A stretch of DNA of 64,000 nucleotides from NCBI RefSeq assembly GCF_963921235.1, contig NC_086097.1:85500001-85564000 (forward strand), in the 5' to 3' direction. The notes beneath the pieces were generated by a model. The model was not told the origin of the DNA, did no database searches, and saw nothing but the letters and a program-made list of their open reading frames with translations. The position numbers and the translations under genes are program-made. How positions within the stretch are numbered: position 1 is the first letter of the stretch; each line of letters begins with the position of its first letter. Shown here in pieces: positions 25,268 to 38,774 of the stretch. The DNA is from Mobula hypostoma (lineage: Eukaryota).

Positions 25268-26230
25268 CTAGTTTAAAGCCTCCCCAAGAGCACTAACAAA
25301 CCTCCCTGAAAGGATATTGGTCCCCCTGTAGTTCAAGTGTAACCCGTCTCTCTTGTACAGGTCCCACCTGCCCCAGAAGAGGTCCCAATGATCCTGAAAT
25401 CTGAAACCCTGCCCCCTACACCAGTTCCTCAGCCACTTGTTCATCCTCCAGAGCATCCTATTCCTACCCTCACTGGTACGTAGCACAGGTAGCAATCCTG
25501 AGATTACCACCCTTGAGGTCCTGCTTTTCAATTTCTTACCAAGCTCTCTATACTCACTCTCCAGGACCTCCTCACTCTTCCTTGCTATGTCATTGGTACC
25601 GATGTGCACCACGACATCTGGCTGATCACCCTCCCACTTCAGAATGTCATGCAAGCAATCAGAGACATCCTTGACCCTGGCACCCGGGAGGCAACAAACC
25701 ATCTTGGATTCTCTGTCACGACCACAGAACCTCCTGTCTGCACCTCTAACTATCGAGTCCCCTATCACTACCGCTCTCCTCTTTTTCCACCCTCCCTCCT
25801 GCACTGCAGAGCCAGACTCAGTGCCAGAGATCCGGCTACTGCAGCTTGTCCCAGGTAAGTCATCCCCCCCAACAGTATCCAATGCGGTATACTTGTTGTT
25901 GAGGGGAATGGCCACAGGGGAACCCTGCTCTGCCTGCCCTCTCCTCTTCCCTCACCTGACAGTGACCCAATTTCCTGTCCTCTGCTCCTTTGGCGTAACT
26001 ACCTCCCTGTAGCTACTATCTATAATCTCCTCATTCTCCCGAATGATCCGCAGGTCATCCAGCTCCTGCTCCAGTTCCTTAACGCAGTTTATCAGGAGCT
26101 GCAGCTGGATGCACTTCTTGCAGGTGTCGTTGTCAGGGACACCAGTGGGCTCCCTGACTTCCCACATCCTGCAAGAGGAGCATTCCAACATCTTGCCTGG
26201 CATTGTCTCTACTCTAAACAATCTGAACAA
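25268..26230 (-). pseudogene. CR1 ORF1p: Cys-rich/coiled-coil N-terminus plus SGNH/GDSL esterase; one in-frame stop at 25952-25954
   Basis: CSSC...CKKC motif and heptad-like LQLLINCVKELEQEL; esterase blocks IGDS, PGA, GTND, DGLH; the two ORFs are in the same frame (offset 315 nt). Confidence 0.9.
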
Positions 26231-27869
26231 AAAACTTACCGGAACCTACCCTGGCCTCTGCCTGTTGAGCCGAAGCCTGTTGAGCCAAAGCCATCCCACT
26301 CTGACTCAGTCCACTCCGACGATGGTTGCTACAATGATGGCTGCTGTATATGGTGGTCTGCTTTTAAACCTTGGCGCGCTACATCACACGCCTGCGCAGT
26401 GCAAACCCTTCTCCCCGAGCAGTGTTTTAAAAAAAATGACTTTTTCTACCCAATTTCTTCACTCCCTTCTTCCCAGCTGCTTGCTTCGACTGAAACATTG
26501 AAAATTTCTCTTTTTAAACCTTGGTGCTCGTGAAAAAAGCTCAAATCCACTGTCACTTCATTCACTGTGTCAAATAAAAAGGTTGGCCATACACTCAACA
26601 GTCTCAGGAAATAGGTCCTCTACAAACCTTCCCTCGCTGCACTACATTGCCCTTTGATGATAGAGGTTCACAGTGAGTCCCAGGAAGATACCAACTGCTT
26701 CCTATATCTTGGGAGGACAAACCTGGCACATATATCGGTGGGAAGTATGATTCCTGTGCTCCCACATACCTCTCATGAATGGAATACCCACAGCAGGTAC
26801 TGAAACACACTGGAAAATACCACTATTCCTTATTGTACAGATGCACAAGACGGAAAAGTGAATCAACTTCAAAGTTCCTCCTCGTCACTGAGGACCTGGT
26901 TACACTGAGTCAGTTATAGTCAGTAGACAATGACATTTTGCAAGCCTGACACCAGGTTGCTGAAACAAACATTATTCTGAATTCTGTCCTGGGAAGAGAT
27001 TGCCAAAGGACAGAGAAAATGATTCAAGGGCATAATCTGAGCTTCCTTCAGGAAATAAAATACTTGTGTCTGTGTAATGAAAAATTCTGCTCTAGCAGTG
27101 GACTACACTCACAAATTTCTCACCTCTCTACCCTATCACACACCTTCTGCTTCCTCAGAAGAAGAGTTTCCACTCCCCGTATCATCTACATCAGTCAGCT
27201 TGGAGCCCACCCAATTGGAGAGAATGCAAGGTATCCATGATCCTGAGGGATTTCTGAAGAGCTGGAAGGAGAGCTTCAGTTTTGAGTTTAGACTATGTGT
27301 GCAACATTGAGATGGTTGAATAAGGAGCTTCAATTTGTTCAAAAGGAAGTTTTAACTTCATGTCACTAACAGAAATAGCACCTTTGTTGACAAGTGTACC
27401 ACTATCTGCTATTTAGTTACTGCCCAGTTAGAGGTGAGACATTGCCTAAAATTTTCAACTATTAAGCAAATGCACTGCTAAAAAAAATTCCTGTAACTAA
27501 ATTGAGGGAGGAAAGGAGCCACAACTTAAAGGAATGTTTTACCGTATGTCTTCAACTTGACCACCAGGCAACAGCTACTTAATTTCTTCAAAGTCTGCCT
27601 GGGGAGGGACTTCTTCAAGCGGCAAGTCGATGCATGTAATAAATAATGCAAATACATAAAAGATCAGCACTGAAATGTGTAGGAGGTGTTTGACACAGAA
27701 GACTGCAAGGCTTAAGGGAGAGATTTATGCTTCTGGGCTTGTGATAAAATTGATAGAATGATATTTTCCCCTCAACAAAATAAACAAAAAGAATAAAACC
27801 AAAATGTAAATTGCGCACTTAGGTAGAATCTGAGTTGCAAATTTAGTTACTAGTTTTTGATTATTCATT

Positions 27870-28065
27870 GAATCATGCAGCATGGAAACTGTCCTTCAGC
27901 CCTCCTGCTCCTACTATCTGCACCCATTGACATTAATCCCACTTTTAAACAAAATCTCTTCACATTCTATCAGCTCACCTCTGATCCTACCACTCATCTA
28001 CATATCCAAGGGCAATTTACAGCAGCCATTCAATCTGCAAATCAGCATACCTTTGAGGCGAGTAC
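27870..28065 (-). mobile_element. Decayed SINE with CR1-like tail
   Basis: cagcatggaaac..ccttcagccc tail motif and agggcaatttacag core shared with ~21490. Confidence 0.45.
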
Positions 28066-28494
28066 AAAATGGAAAGTGACTATGATGAGCAGCAGAGGGA
28101 AAACAAAAGGAAGATGAGGGAGTGGTGCAGATCAGAAAGAATAATGAGCGAGAAAAAATACGGAGCCAAGTGGCAAGATGCCAACCTACAAACAGGGAAG
28201 CAGGAAAAGAAAGCCATTGATGAAGAAAAAATGTGCCAGGCATGAGCAGAAGCAATAAGCAATGCGAAGTGAGGATGAGAGAGGAGGAAGTTGCAATTAT
28301 ATATGCAATGACTGCGAGTAAAGTCAGCTGGTGGACACTGACATGAACTTCCCAACCTTCGTAGTACTGTTTATGGGATGAGTTAAAGATGAAGAAAGAG
28401 ATACAGGGTGAGAGGGAGAGAAGAAAAATAACATTGAGGGAGCCAAGTACATCATGAATTAAAATGTTAAAGGCAATAGCCTGCATTGGCCCAA

Positions 28495-29150
28495 AGTTCA
28501 AAGTAAATTTAATATCAAAGTACATGTATGTCACCATATACCACCATGAGATTCATTTTCCAGTGGATATACTCAATAAATCCATAATAACTATAACAGA
28601 ATCAATGAAAGATTGCACCAACTTGGGCATTCAACTACCGTGTAAAAGACAGAAACTGTGCACATACAATAAGAAATTAATAATAAGTAAATAAGCAATA
28701 AATATTGAGAACATGAGATGAAAAGTCCTCGAAAGTGAGTCCACTGGTTGTGGGAATATTTCAGTGATGGAGAAAGTGAAGTTAAGTGAAGTCATCCCCT
28801 TTGGTTCATGCACCTGGTGACTGAATCTCTGCAAACTCCTAAGGAAGTAGAGGTGCTGCTGTGCTTTCTTCATAATTGCATTTACATGCTGGGCCCAGGG
28901 CAGGTCATCTGAATGATAACACTGAAGAACTTAAAGTTGCTGATCCCGTCCACCTCCAACGAGGACTGCCTCATTGAGCTCTGGTTTCCTCCTCCTGAAG
29001 TCAATAATCAGCTCCTTGGTCTTGCTGACATTGAGTGAGAGGTTGTTGTTGTGACATCACCCAGCCAGATTTCCAGTCTCCCTCCTATATGCTGAATTGT
29101 CACCATCTTTGATTCAGCCTATGTCAGTGGTGTCATCAACAAACTGAAAT
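28495..29150 (-). mobile_element. Rex1/Babar-like fragment (internally deleted)
   Basis: KKAQQHLYFLRSLQRF; aagttcaaagtaaattta tail; homologous to 58085-58870. Confidence 0.8.
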
Positions 29151-30444
29151 GTGATTCTACCACTTCTGTTTTCAAAGCTTTGAAAGACACCACAGAATTT
29201 AAAATTCTTTGATTAAACGTTTCATGATCTTTTCCATCGTAGCTTCTTTTGTAGGTCTGGATATTTCATTTAGCTGATTTTTATACACAACACTTTTTAG
29301 CTAAAGGACAAGCATGGTACTTGTTTTGTAGTTAACTGGTACAAGAATTTTTTTTTCAATAGCAGAAGAAAATTGCCACGTATTCTTGCTTAGAAATGAC
29401 ATTTCAATTTACAGTTGCCAGTGAAATGTATGGAGTACAACATAAAGGTTTCATTTATAGAACATGAGGTTTGAACTCAGTTTATAGTCTGGAGATTAAA
29501 GACTTCTCTTGTTGAACCAGTAATTGCAGAAAAGCAATTGCCTTACGTTTGAAATCGAACAAGTTTCATTGCTGGGTCACCTCAAGAATTCTGTGAACTT
29601 TTGAATAACTAATCCTAGGACTGTCATTGCAGAAGCCTGTATTTCACAATAAGTCACACTGGTTATAAAACCTAGAGCTAAACAAATAAGCCCTTCTGTG
29701 TAGTATGGAGGAACACTCTAAACATTATACTGTACAAAGTTTATTTCATGGTTGGCTCTCTGCAATGTCTTTTTTAATTACGTATATACATGTTTAAATT
29801 GTAATTCATTAACATAGAGGTTATTGTAACAACCACTCCACTTGCAGCATGAAAGAGCAGTTCATCAGTAGTCCTCAATAGTCATCGGTTCCTGGTGCAC
29901 CTCAGTGCCCTTCGTTCTCTCACTCCAGTTTTCTACCTTTTCAGGCTCTTGCTGTGAATGTATAAGCTGATGATGTGAGTGGGCAAATTAAAACCAATCC
30001 TTACACTAAAATTTTCCTTGGATAATTGAGGGGTGTTCATCAAACCACTGCCTTGAGAACGGACTATCAGTTTGGTTTGATTGTTAGCTTTTTCAGTATG
30101 TGCATCACAGATGGCCAAAATTTTGCATGGCATCTGACCCAGGTCATCAGTGCAAGCTCTTCCCTTAAGGTCACTGGGTATATGAAATGAGTTCTTTGGA
30201 CCACGGACATTAATATTTAGTTCACAGGTGGAGATGAACTATTGAGATATGAAAGAAATGCACCTAGTAAATATCCTTTGCTATTTTTAATGGTAGAATC
30301 ACAGAATTAAAATAAGGTCATTTTGAAATTCAGTTTTTCCTTTAATAACAAGGTTCCACAAAACCTAATTTTTTTTGGCAGCTGATGACTGACACATCAA
30401 AAAAAGAAGAAAGGCCCATTTGTTTTAGTGCCATCATTAGGAAA

Positions 30445-31352
30445 TGCAGAGCCATTCCAGCAGGAATACCTATATCAGGCTGATGTCTATTGATTACAGC
30501 TCAGCATTCAACACCATCATCCCCTCAGTACTAATCAATAAGCTTCAAAATCTGGGCCTCTGTACCTTGCTGTGCAATTGGATCCTTGGTTTCTACGTCA
30601 GGAAACCACAGTCAGTGTGGATCGGAAATACATTAACATCTCCTCCTCACTGACAAGTTAGCCAGACACACCTCAGGGAGTCCGCTTAGCTCACTGCTCT
30701 ACTCTCTCTACAATCATGACTGTGTGGCTAGGCTCGGTGCAAAGGTCATCTGTAGATTCACTGATGACACAACTGTTGTCAGCAGAATTTCAGATGGTGA
30801 CAAGCATGCATCAAGAAATCTTACCTGTAGTTGTGAACTTCCCATGATTCAGGACATTTACAAGGACAGGTGTGTAAAAAGGGCCCGTAGGATCATTGGG
30901 GACCCAAACCATCCCAACCACAATCTATTCCAGCTGCTACCATCTGGAAAGTGCACTGCAGCATAAAAGCTAGGACCAACAGGCTCTGGGACAGCTTCTT
31001 CCACCAGGCCATCAGACTGATGAACTCATGCAGATTTGAGTGTACTCCATATTACACTGACTGTTCTATTTATTATAAATTACTATGATTGCACATAGAT
31101 GGAGATGTGATGCAAAGATTTGTACTCCTCATGTATGTAAAGGATGTAAGAAATAAAGTCAATTCAAATTCAATTCAATGAGATATGTCGGATGATTGAG
31201 TGGTGTTACACCAACAACCTTGCTCTCAATGTCAGTAAGACCAAGGACTTCAGGAAGGATTGTTGAAGGAATACACACCAGTCCTTGTTGAGGGGTTAGT
31301 AGCTGAAAGGGTAAGCAGTTTCTGGGTGTCTCTGAAGATCTATCCTGGGCCC
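30445..31352 (+). mobile_element. Rex1/Babar RT fragment with a second Rex-family 3' end nested at ~30825-31178
   Basis: [17 protein letters not shown]...CNWILGF, RFTDDTTVV; insert ends aataaagtcaattcaaattcaattcaa; RT resumes (NNLALNVSKTK) at ~31180. Confidence 0.8.
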
Positions 31353-31359
31353 CGTCGTA

Positions 31360-34300
31360 GGAAAGGTGATTAATAGTGCTGAGGGTGAGGTAGCTAGTTT
31401 GCAAACGGAAGCAATGTGTAGTGAGGAGAGGCTGTTGATAGGGCAAAATTGCAGTCAACGAACGACAGTGTAAAAGGCGGACAAAATCGAAAAGGGTGAA
31501 TACATGACTGAGGGTGATGTATCTGTATGGCACAGTGTACAGAATAAAGTAGATAAACTTGCAACCAGGTGATTGGCAGGTATGATGTTGCAGGCATCAC
31601 TGAATCATGGCTGAAAGATTACAGCTGGGAGCTTAATGTCCAAGGATACACATTGCATCAAAAAGATAAGCAGGAAGGCTGAGGGGGTGGCATTGCTCTG
31701 TTGGCAAAGGGTGAAATCAATTCATTCAAAACAGGTGACATAGGCTCAAAAGGTGTCGAATCATTGCGGATAGAGCTAAGGAACTGCAAGGGTAAAAAGA
31801 TTCTGATGGGAGTTGTATACAGACCCCCAAACATTAGTAAGGATATGGCCTACAAATTACAACGGGAGATAGAAAATGCATGCCAAAAGGGCAATATTAC
31901 AATAGTCATGGGGGATTTCAATATGCAGGTAGATTGGGAAAATCAGGTTGGTGCTGGATTATAAGAGGGAGAATTTCTAGAGTGCCAGTGAGATGGCTTT
32001 TTAGAGCAGCTCATGGTTGAGCCCACTAGGGGATCAGTTATTCTGAATTGGGTGTTGTGCAATGAACCAGAATTGATTAGCGAAGTTAGGGTAAAAGAAC
32101 CCTTCGGGAAAAGTGATCATATCATCACTGAATTTAACCCGAAATTTGAGAAGGAGAAACTAAAGTCAAATGAATCAGCATTATTGTATGATGTATATGA
32201 TGTATGATGTATAACTGTTATATGGTTATATGGTTATTGTGGAGTGAAGCGAATTACAGAGCCATGAGAGAAGAGTTGGCCAGAATTGATTGGAAAAGAA
32301 CACTGACAGGGATGATGGCAGAGCACCAATGACTGGAATTTCAGGAAGAAAGTCGGAAGGCACAGGATATATACTGTCAAAGAGGAAGAAGTATTCTAAA
32401 GGAAAGATGTCACAACCGTGGCTAACAGGAGAAGTAAAGGCCAGCATAAAAGCCAAAGAGTGGGAATATAATAAAGCAAAAATTAGCGGGAAGTTAGAGA
32501 ATTGGGAAGCTTTTAACAACCAATACAAGGCAACTAAAAAGTCATTAAGAAGGTAGAGATGGAATACAAAAGTAAGCTAGCCAACAATATTAAAAAGATT
32601 ACCAGAAGTTTCTTCAGATACATAATGTGGAAAAGAGAGATGAGAGTGGATATCAGACTGCTGGAGAGGTAGTAATGCGGGACAACAAAATAGTGGATGA
32701 ACTGAATCAGTATTTTACATCAGTCTTCACTGTGGAAGACACTAGCAGTCAGGTGGACGTTCCAGGTGTCAGGGGGCATGGAGTGGGTGAAGTTACCATA
32801 ACTAGAGAGAAGGTTCTTGGAAAAATGAAAGGTCTGAAGGTAGATAATTCACCTAGACCAGGTGTTGTACACACCAGAGTTCTGAAAGAGGTGCTGAAGA
32901 GTTTGTGGAGGCATTAGTAATGATCTTTCAAGAATCAGTAGATTCCAGAATGGTTCCAGCAGACTGGAAAATTGCAAATGTCACTCCACTCTTCAAGAAG
33001 GGAAAGAGGCAGAAGAAAGAAAACTATAGGCCAGTTAGTCTGACCTCAGTGGTTGGGAAGATGTTGGTCTCGATTATTAAGGATGAGGTCTCAAGATACT
33101 TGGAGGCACATGATAAAATAGACCATAGTCAGCATAGCTTCCTCAAGAGAAAATCTTGCCTGACAAATTTGTTGGAATTCTTTGAAGAAATAACAAGCAG
33201 GATAAACAAAAGGGAATTGGTTGATGCTGTGTACTTGGATTTTCAGAAGGCCTTTGACAAGGTGACACACATGAGGCTGCTTAACAAGCTACGAGCCCAT
33301 GGTATTACAGAGAAGTCTCTATTATGAATAAGGCAGTGGCCGATTGGCAGGATGTAAAGAGTGAGAATAAAGGGAGCCTTTTCTGACTGGCTGCTGGTGA
33401 CTAGTGGTGGTCCACAGGGGTTAGGACCTATTCTTTTTATGTTTTATGTCCGTGATTTGGATGATGGAATTGATGGCTTAGTTGCAAAATTTACAGATGA
33501 TATAAAGATAGATTTAGGGGTAGGTAGTTTTGAGGAACATAGAACATAGAATAGTACAGCACATCACAGGACCTTCAGCCCACATTGTTGTGCCGACCCT
33601 CAAACCCGACCTCCCATATAACCACCCACATTAAATTCCTCCATATACCTGTCTAGTAGTCTCTTAAATGTCACTAGTGTATCTGCCTCCACCACTGACT
33701 CAGGCAGTGCATTCCACACACCAACTACTCTCTGAGTAAAAAACCTTCCTCTAATATCCCCCTTGAACTGCCCACCCCTTACCTTAAAGCCATGTCCCCT
33801 TGTATTGAGCAGTGGTGCTCTGGGGAAGAGGCGCTGGCTACCCACTCTATCTATTCCTCTTAATATCTTGTACACCTCTATCATGTCTCCTCTCATCCTC
33901 CTTCTCTCCAAAGAGTAAAGCCCTAGCTCCCTTAATCTCTGATCATAATGCATACTTTCTAAACCAGGCAGCATCCTGGTAAATCTCCCCTGTACCCTTT
34001 CCAATGCTTCCACATCCTTCCTATAGTGAGGCGACCAGAACTGAATACAGTACTCCAAGTGCGGCCTAACCAGAGTTTTATAGAACTCCATCATTACCTC
34101 GCGACTCTTAAACTCTATCCCTCGACTTATGAAAGCTAACACCCCATAAGCTTTCTTAACTACCCTATCTACCTGTGAGGCAATTTTCAGGGATCTGTGG
34201 ACATGTACCCCCCAATAACTCTGCTTCTCCACACTACCAAGAATCCTGCCATTTATTTTGTACTCTGCCTTGGAGTTTGTCCTTCCAAAGTGTACCACCT

Positions 34301-37300
34301 CACACTTCTCCGGGTTGAACTCCATCTGCCACTTCTCAGCCCACTTCTGCAACCTATCAATGTCTCTCTGCAATCTTCAACCATCCTCTACACTATCTAC
34401 AACACCACCAACCTTTGTGTCGTCTGCAAACTTGCCAACTCACCATTCTACCCCCACATCCAGGTCATGAACAAAAATCACGAAAAGTAGAGGTCCCAGA
34501 ACAGATCTTTGTGGGACACCACTAGTCACAACCCTCCAATATGAATGTACTCCCTCCACCACCACCCTCTGCCTTCTGCAGGCAAGCCAATTCTGAATCC
34601 ACCTGGCCAAACGTCCCTGGATCCCATGCCTTCTGACTTTCTGAATAAGCCTACCGTGTGGAACCTTGTCAAATGCCTCACTAAAATCCATATAGATCAC
34701 ATCCTCTGCACTACCCTCATCTATATGCCTGATCACCTCCTCAAAGAACTCTAGGCTTGTTAGACACGATCTGCCCTTCACAAAGCCATGCTGACTGTCC
34801 CTGATCAGACCGTGATTCTCTACATGCCCATAGATCCTATCTCCAAGAATCTTTTCCAACAGCTTTTCCACCACAGACATAAGGCTCACTGGTCTATAAT
34901 TACCCGGACTATCCTTACTACCTTTTTTGAACAAGGGGACAACATTCGCCTCCCTCCAATCCTCCGGTACCATTCCCATAGACAATGAGGGCATAAAGAT
35001 CCTAGCCAGAGGCTCAGCGATCTCTTCCCTCACCTCATGGAGCAGCCTGGGGAATATTCCGTCCAGCCCCGGGGACTTATCCGTCCTAATGTATTTTAAT
35101 AACTCCAACACCTCCTCTCCCTTAATATCAACATGCTCCAGAACATCAACCTCACTCATATTGTCCTCACTGTCATCAAGCTCCCCCTCATTGGTGAATA
35201 CCGAAGAGAAGTATTCACTGAGGACCTCACTCACTTCCACAGCCTCCAGGCACATCTTCCCACCTTTATCTCTAATTGGTCCTACCTTCACTCCTGTCAA
35301 CCTTTCGTTCTTCACATAATTGAAGAATGCTTTGGGGTTTTCCTTTACCCTACTCGCCAAGACCTTCTCATGCCCCCTTCTTGCTCTTCTCAGCCCCTTC
35401 TTAAGCTCCTTTCTTACTACTCTATATTCCTCAATAGATCCACCTGATCCTTGCTTCCTAAATCTCATGTATGTTGCCTTCTTCCACCTGACTAGATTTT
35501 CCACCTCACTTGTCACCCATGGTTCCTTCACCCTACCATTCTTTATCTTCCTCACCGAGACAAATTTATCCCTAACATCCTGCAAGAGATCTCTAAACAT
35601 CGACCACATGTCCATCGTACATTTCCCTGCAAAAACATCATCCCAATTCACACCCGCAAGTCTAGCCTTATAGCCTCATAATTTGCCCTTCCCCAATTAA
35701 AAATTTTCCTGTCCTGTCTGATTCTATCCTTTTCCATGATAATGCTAAAGGCCAGGGAGCAGTGGTCACTGTCCCCCAGATGCTCACCCACTGAGAGATC
35801 TGTGACCTGACCCGGTTTGTTACCTAATACTAGATCTAGTATGGCATTCCCTCTAGTTGGCCTGTCAACATACTGTGACAGGAATCCGTCCTGGACACAC
35901 TTAACAAACTCTGCCCCAACTAAACCCTTGGAACTAATCAGGTGCCAATTAATATTAGGGAAGTTAAAGTCACCCATGATAACAACACTGTTATTTTTGC
36001 ACCTTTCCAAAATCTGCCTCCCAATCTGCTCCTCGGTATCTCTGCTGCTACCAGGAGGTCAATAGAATACTCCCAATAGTGTAACTGCTTCCTTCCTGTT
36101 CCTGACTTCCACCCATATTGACTCAAAAGAGGATCCTGCTACATTACCCACCCTTTCTGTAGCTGTAATAGCATCCCTGACCAGTAATGCCACCCCTTCT
36201 CCCCTTTTCCCGTCTCTCTATCCCTTTTAAAGCACTGAAATCCAGGAATATTGAGAATCCATTCCTGCCTTGGTGCCAGCCAAGTCTCTGTATTGGCCAC
36301 TACATCATAATTCCATGTATGTATCCAAGCTCTCAGTTCATCACCTTTGTTCCTGATGCTTCTTGCATTGAAGTACACGCACCTTAGCCCTTCTACCTTC
36401 CTACATTTACACTCCTTAGTCTGCTTCTCTTTCCTCAAAACCTCTCTATATGTTAGATCTGGCTTTACTCCATGCACTTCTTTCACTGCCCTGTTGCTCC
36501 AGGTCCCATCCCCCTTGCAAATTAGTTTAAACCCTCCCAGTCAGGAAGTAGAGAGGCTACAAATGGGCAAAATGGCTGATGGAATACAGTGTCGGGAAGT
36601 GCACAGTCATGCACTTTGGTAGAAGAAAGGAAATCGTTGACTATTTCCTAAATGGAGAAACATACAATAGACTGAAGCACAAAGCAACTTGGGATTCCTT
36701 GTGCAGGATTCCCTAAAGGTTAATTTGAAGGTTGAGTCTGTGGTGAGGAAGCAAATACAATGTTAGCATTCATTTCAAGAGAACTAGAATATAAAGCAAG
36801 GATATAATGTTGAAACTTTATAAAGCACTGGAGAAGCCTCACTTGGAGTATTGTGAGCAGTTTTGGGCCCTTATCTTAGAAAACATGTGATGAAATTGGA
36901 GGGGATTCAAAGAAGGTTCACGAAAATGATTCCAAGTTTGAATGGCTTGTCATATGAAGAGCATCTGATGACTCTGGGCCTGTATTCACTAGAATTCAGA
37001 AGAATGAGGTGTGACCTCATTGAAACCTATTGAATGGTGAAAGGCCTTGATAGAGTGGATGTGGAGATGATGTTTCCTATGGTGGAAGAGTCTAAGACCA
37101 GAAGACACAGCCTCAGAATAGAGGGACATAATTTTGGAATGGAGAAGAGGAGGAATTTCTTTAGCCAGAGAGTAGTGAATCTGTGGAATCTTTGCCACTG
37201 ACAGCTTTGGTGGCCAAATCTTCATGCAATGTCTAAGGCAGAAGTTGATATGTCCTTGTTTGGTCAGGGCATGACAGGATACAGGGAGAAGGCAGGAGAT

Positions 37301-37402
37301 TGGAGCTGAGAGGAAAATTGGATCAGCCATGATGAAATGGCAGAGCAGACTCAATGGGCCAAGTGGCCTAATTCTGCTCCTATATCTTATGGTCCTATGG
37401 TC
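31360..37402 (+). mobile_element. Decayed CR1 ORF2 element split by an antisense CR1 at 33538-36540
   Basis: GVVYRPP..IVMGDFN, YRPVSLTSVVGK, YLDFQKAFDKV, KFTDD; resumes at 36541; 3' end ..cttatggtcctatggtc at ~37400. Confidence 0.9.
33538..36540 (-). mobile_element. Younger CR1 (complete ORF2 region, truncated at the ORF1/ORF2 junction) nested in an older CR1
   Basis: ORFs 36139-36486, 35648-36010, 34440-35651 (403 aa), 33600-34373; (ttctatg)n tail; TSD tgaggaa (33531-33537) / tcaggaa (36541-36547). Confidence 0.92.
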
Positions 37403-37554
37403 TGATAACGATGCAATTATGAAGAAGTTTGAGGAGATTTGGTATGTTACCAAAGACTTTAGCAAATATCTACAGATGCACTGTGGAGAGCACAGTGGCA
37501 GGGTAGAGATACATCTCCACCAAAGGAGGTGTAGGTACTCCTTCCCACCCCTAC

Positions 37555-38774
37555 TGTCACAGCCACGGACTCCGCTGCAGGGTCTGTAGGCAGGCTGCGC
37601 AGTAGATTCCGCAGTTGTGCTCATGACTGTGCACATGTCCGCTAATTACTGTTTCCTTATGGTGGTTTTTAACTTCCTTCTTTTCATTGTAGTGCGTGTC
37701 CAGACTTGAGCAAAGCACAGCAACGTTACATTGCTTGTTTGCATTCGGCCTTGCCTGAGAAAGTGGACTACTGAGTCGACTGACATTGGAGACCAGCGGT
37801 ATTCATTTTGTATTTAGATATTTCTCTCAGCTGTGGTGTTGGCCAATGTTCCCTCTAAGGTGTGCACACACATCTTTTGCTACTAGCGCACAAAGGAATT
37901 TAAACTGCGCACAAAAGGTTGTCACCCTCTAACTTGTTGGCATGTTGCGTATATTTCACGATCATACACAATCACATTTCCTTTTCCGGTTTCTGATGCA
38001 GACGGTGTTGACAATGTGGTGTTTGCGACGTGTTGTCTGCAGATTTTGGAACTGGGTTACTTAGACTGTTTTTATTGAAGAAATTATTGACTCACTATGT
38101 AAAATTCCAAAGGAGTAAAAGGCGTGAAGCGCAAAAGAACTGCTGGTTCATTTAAAACGGAATGGCTTAATGAAACAGTAGAAACTGCTACACCGAAAGT
38201 TCATGGGGTCAGGAACTTGCAGCGGCGAGAAATATTTATGTACAATATAGAAACTGGTGTTACCTGCGTGTATTTTTGCAAAAGCTGCTGGAGAATTTAC
38301 AAGTGGGAAGAAGTGGAAAGTTGACTTTTTAAATTTCATTTAGCAAGCAAATCACATGCGGATGGTGTGAAGAAACTCTGGCGAGAAAACCTTTCATTAC
38401 CCACTATAGGCCTGCTACGTCTGTTTTGTGAGAGTGCAAATGAAATAGAGTGGAAACAATCAAGCCCAGGGGAGATTAAAGTTCTTATTGACGGTGATTT
38501 GTAGGCTATTAAAATGAATACCTTTATATATAAAATTCTGTGCGCCCACATTGTTGTCACAACACAAGATTTTTGCACTGGTCATTATATATTAGAGGGA
38601 ACATAGGTGTTGGCATCTAATTTTCCATTTGGAATTGTAGTTAATGGCCTTGTTTGGCTTAGTGTTAATTGCTTTCTGTTCCCTTGAAATAGTCTTCATG
38701 TTAAAGTCCGTGAACTATCGACCCACTTTGGTGTCTCTCCCACCGCACTTGGGCCATATCCGAATGCCTCGATA
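37555..38774 (+). mobile_element. Solo LTR of the same family as 7257-7683, split by a hAT element
   Basis: Starts TGTCAC; colinear with the reverse complement of 7257-7683 on both sides of the hAT (e.g. aaagtcYgtgaactatcgacc). Confidence 0.75.
37844..38606 (+). mobile_element. Non-autonomous hAT DNA transposon (Tip100/Arthur-like)
   Basis: 15-bp TIRs CAATGTTCCCTCTAA / TTAGAGGGAACATAG (1 mismatch); perfect 8-bp TSD gtgttggc (37836-37843, 38607-38614); remnant SFKTEWL...C..C zinc-finger-like peptide. Confidence 0.9.

Larger units (their letters stand above)
22264..26490 (-). mobile_element. Near-intact full-length CR1 LINE
   Basis: 5' UTR, ORF1, ORF2 and 3' end gggccaaaaggcctgtttctgtgctgtag(tttctatgg)n; possible TSD tgaaac at 22262-22267 and 26491-26496. 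Confidence 0.96.

Noticed and set aside
23027..26501. Plus-strand ORFs overlapping the CR1 (and similar ones at 34197-36622)
   Set aside because: Antisense shadows of LINE coding sequence.
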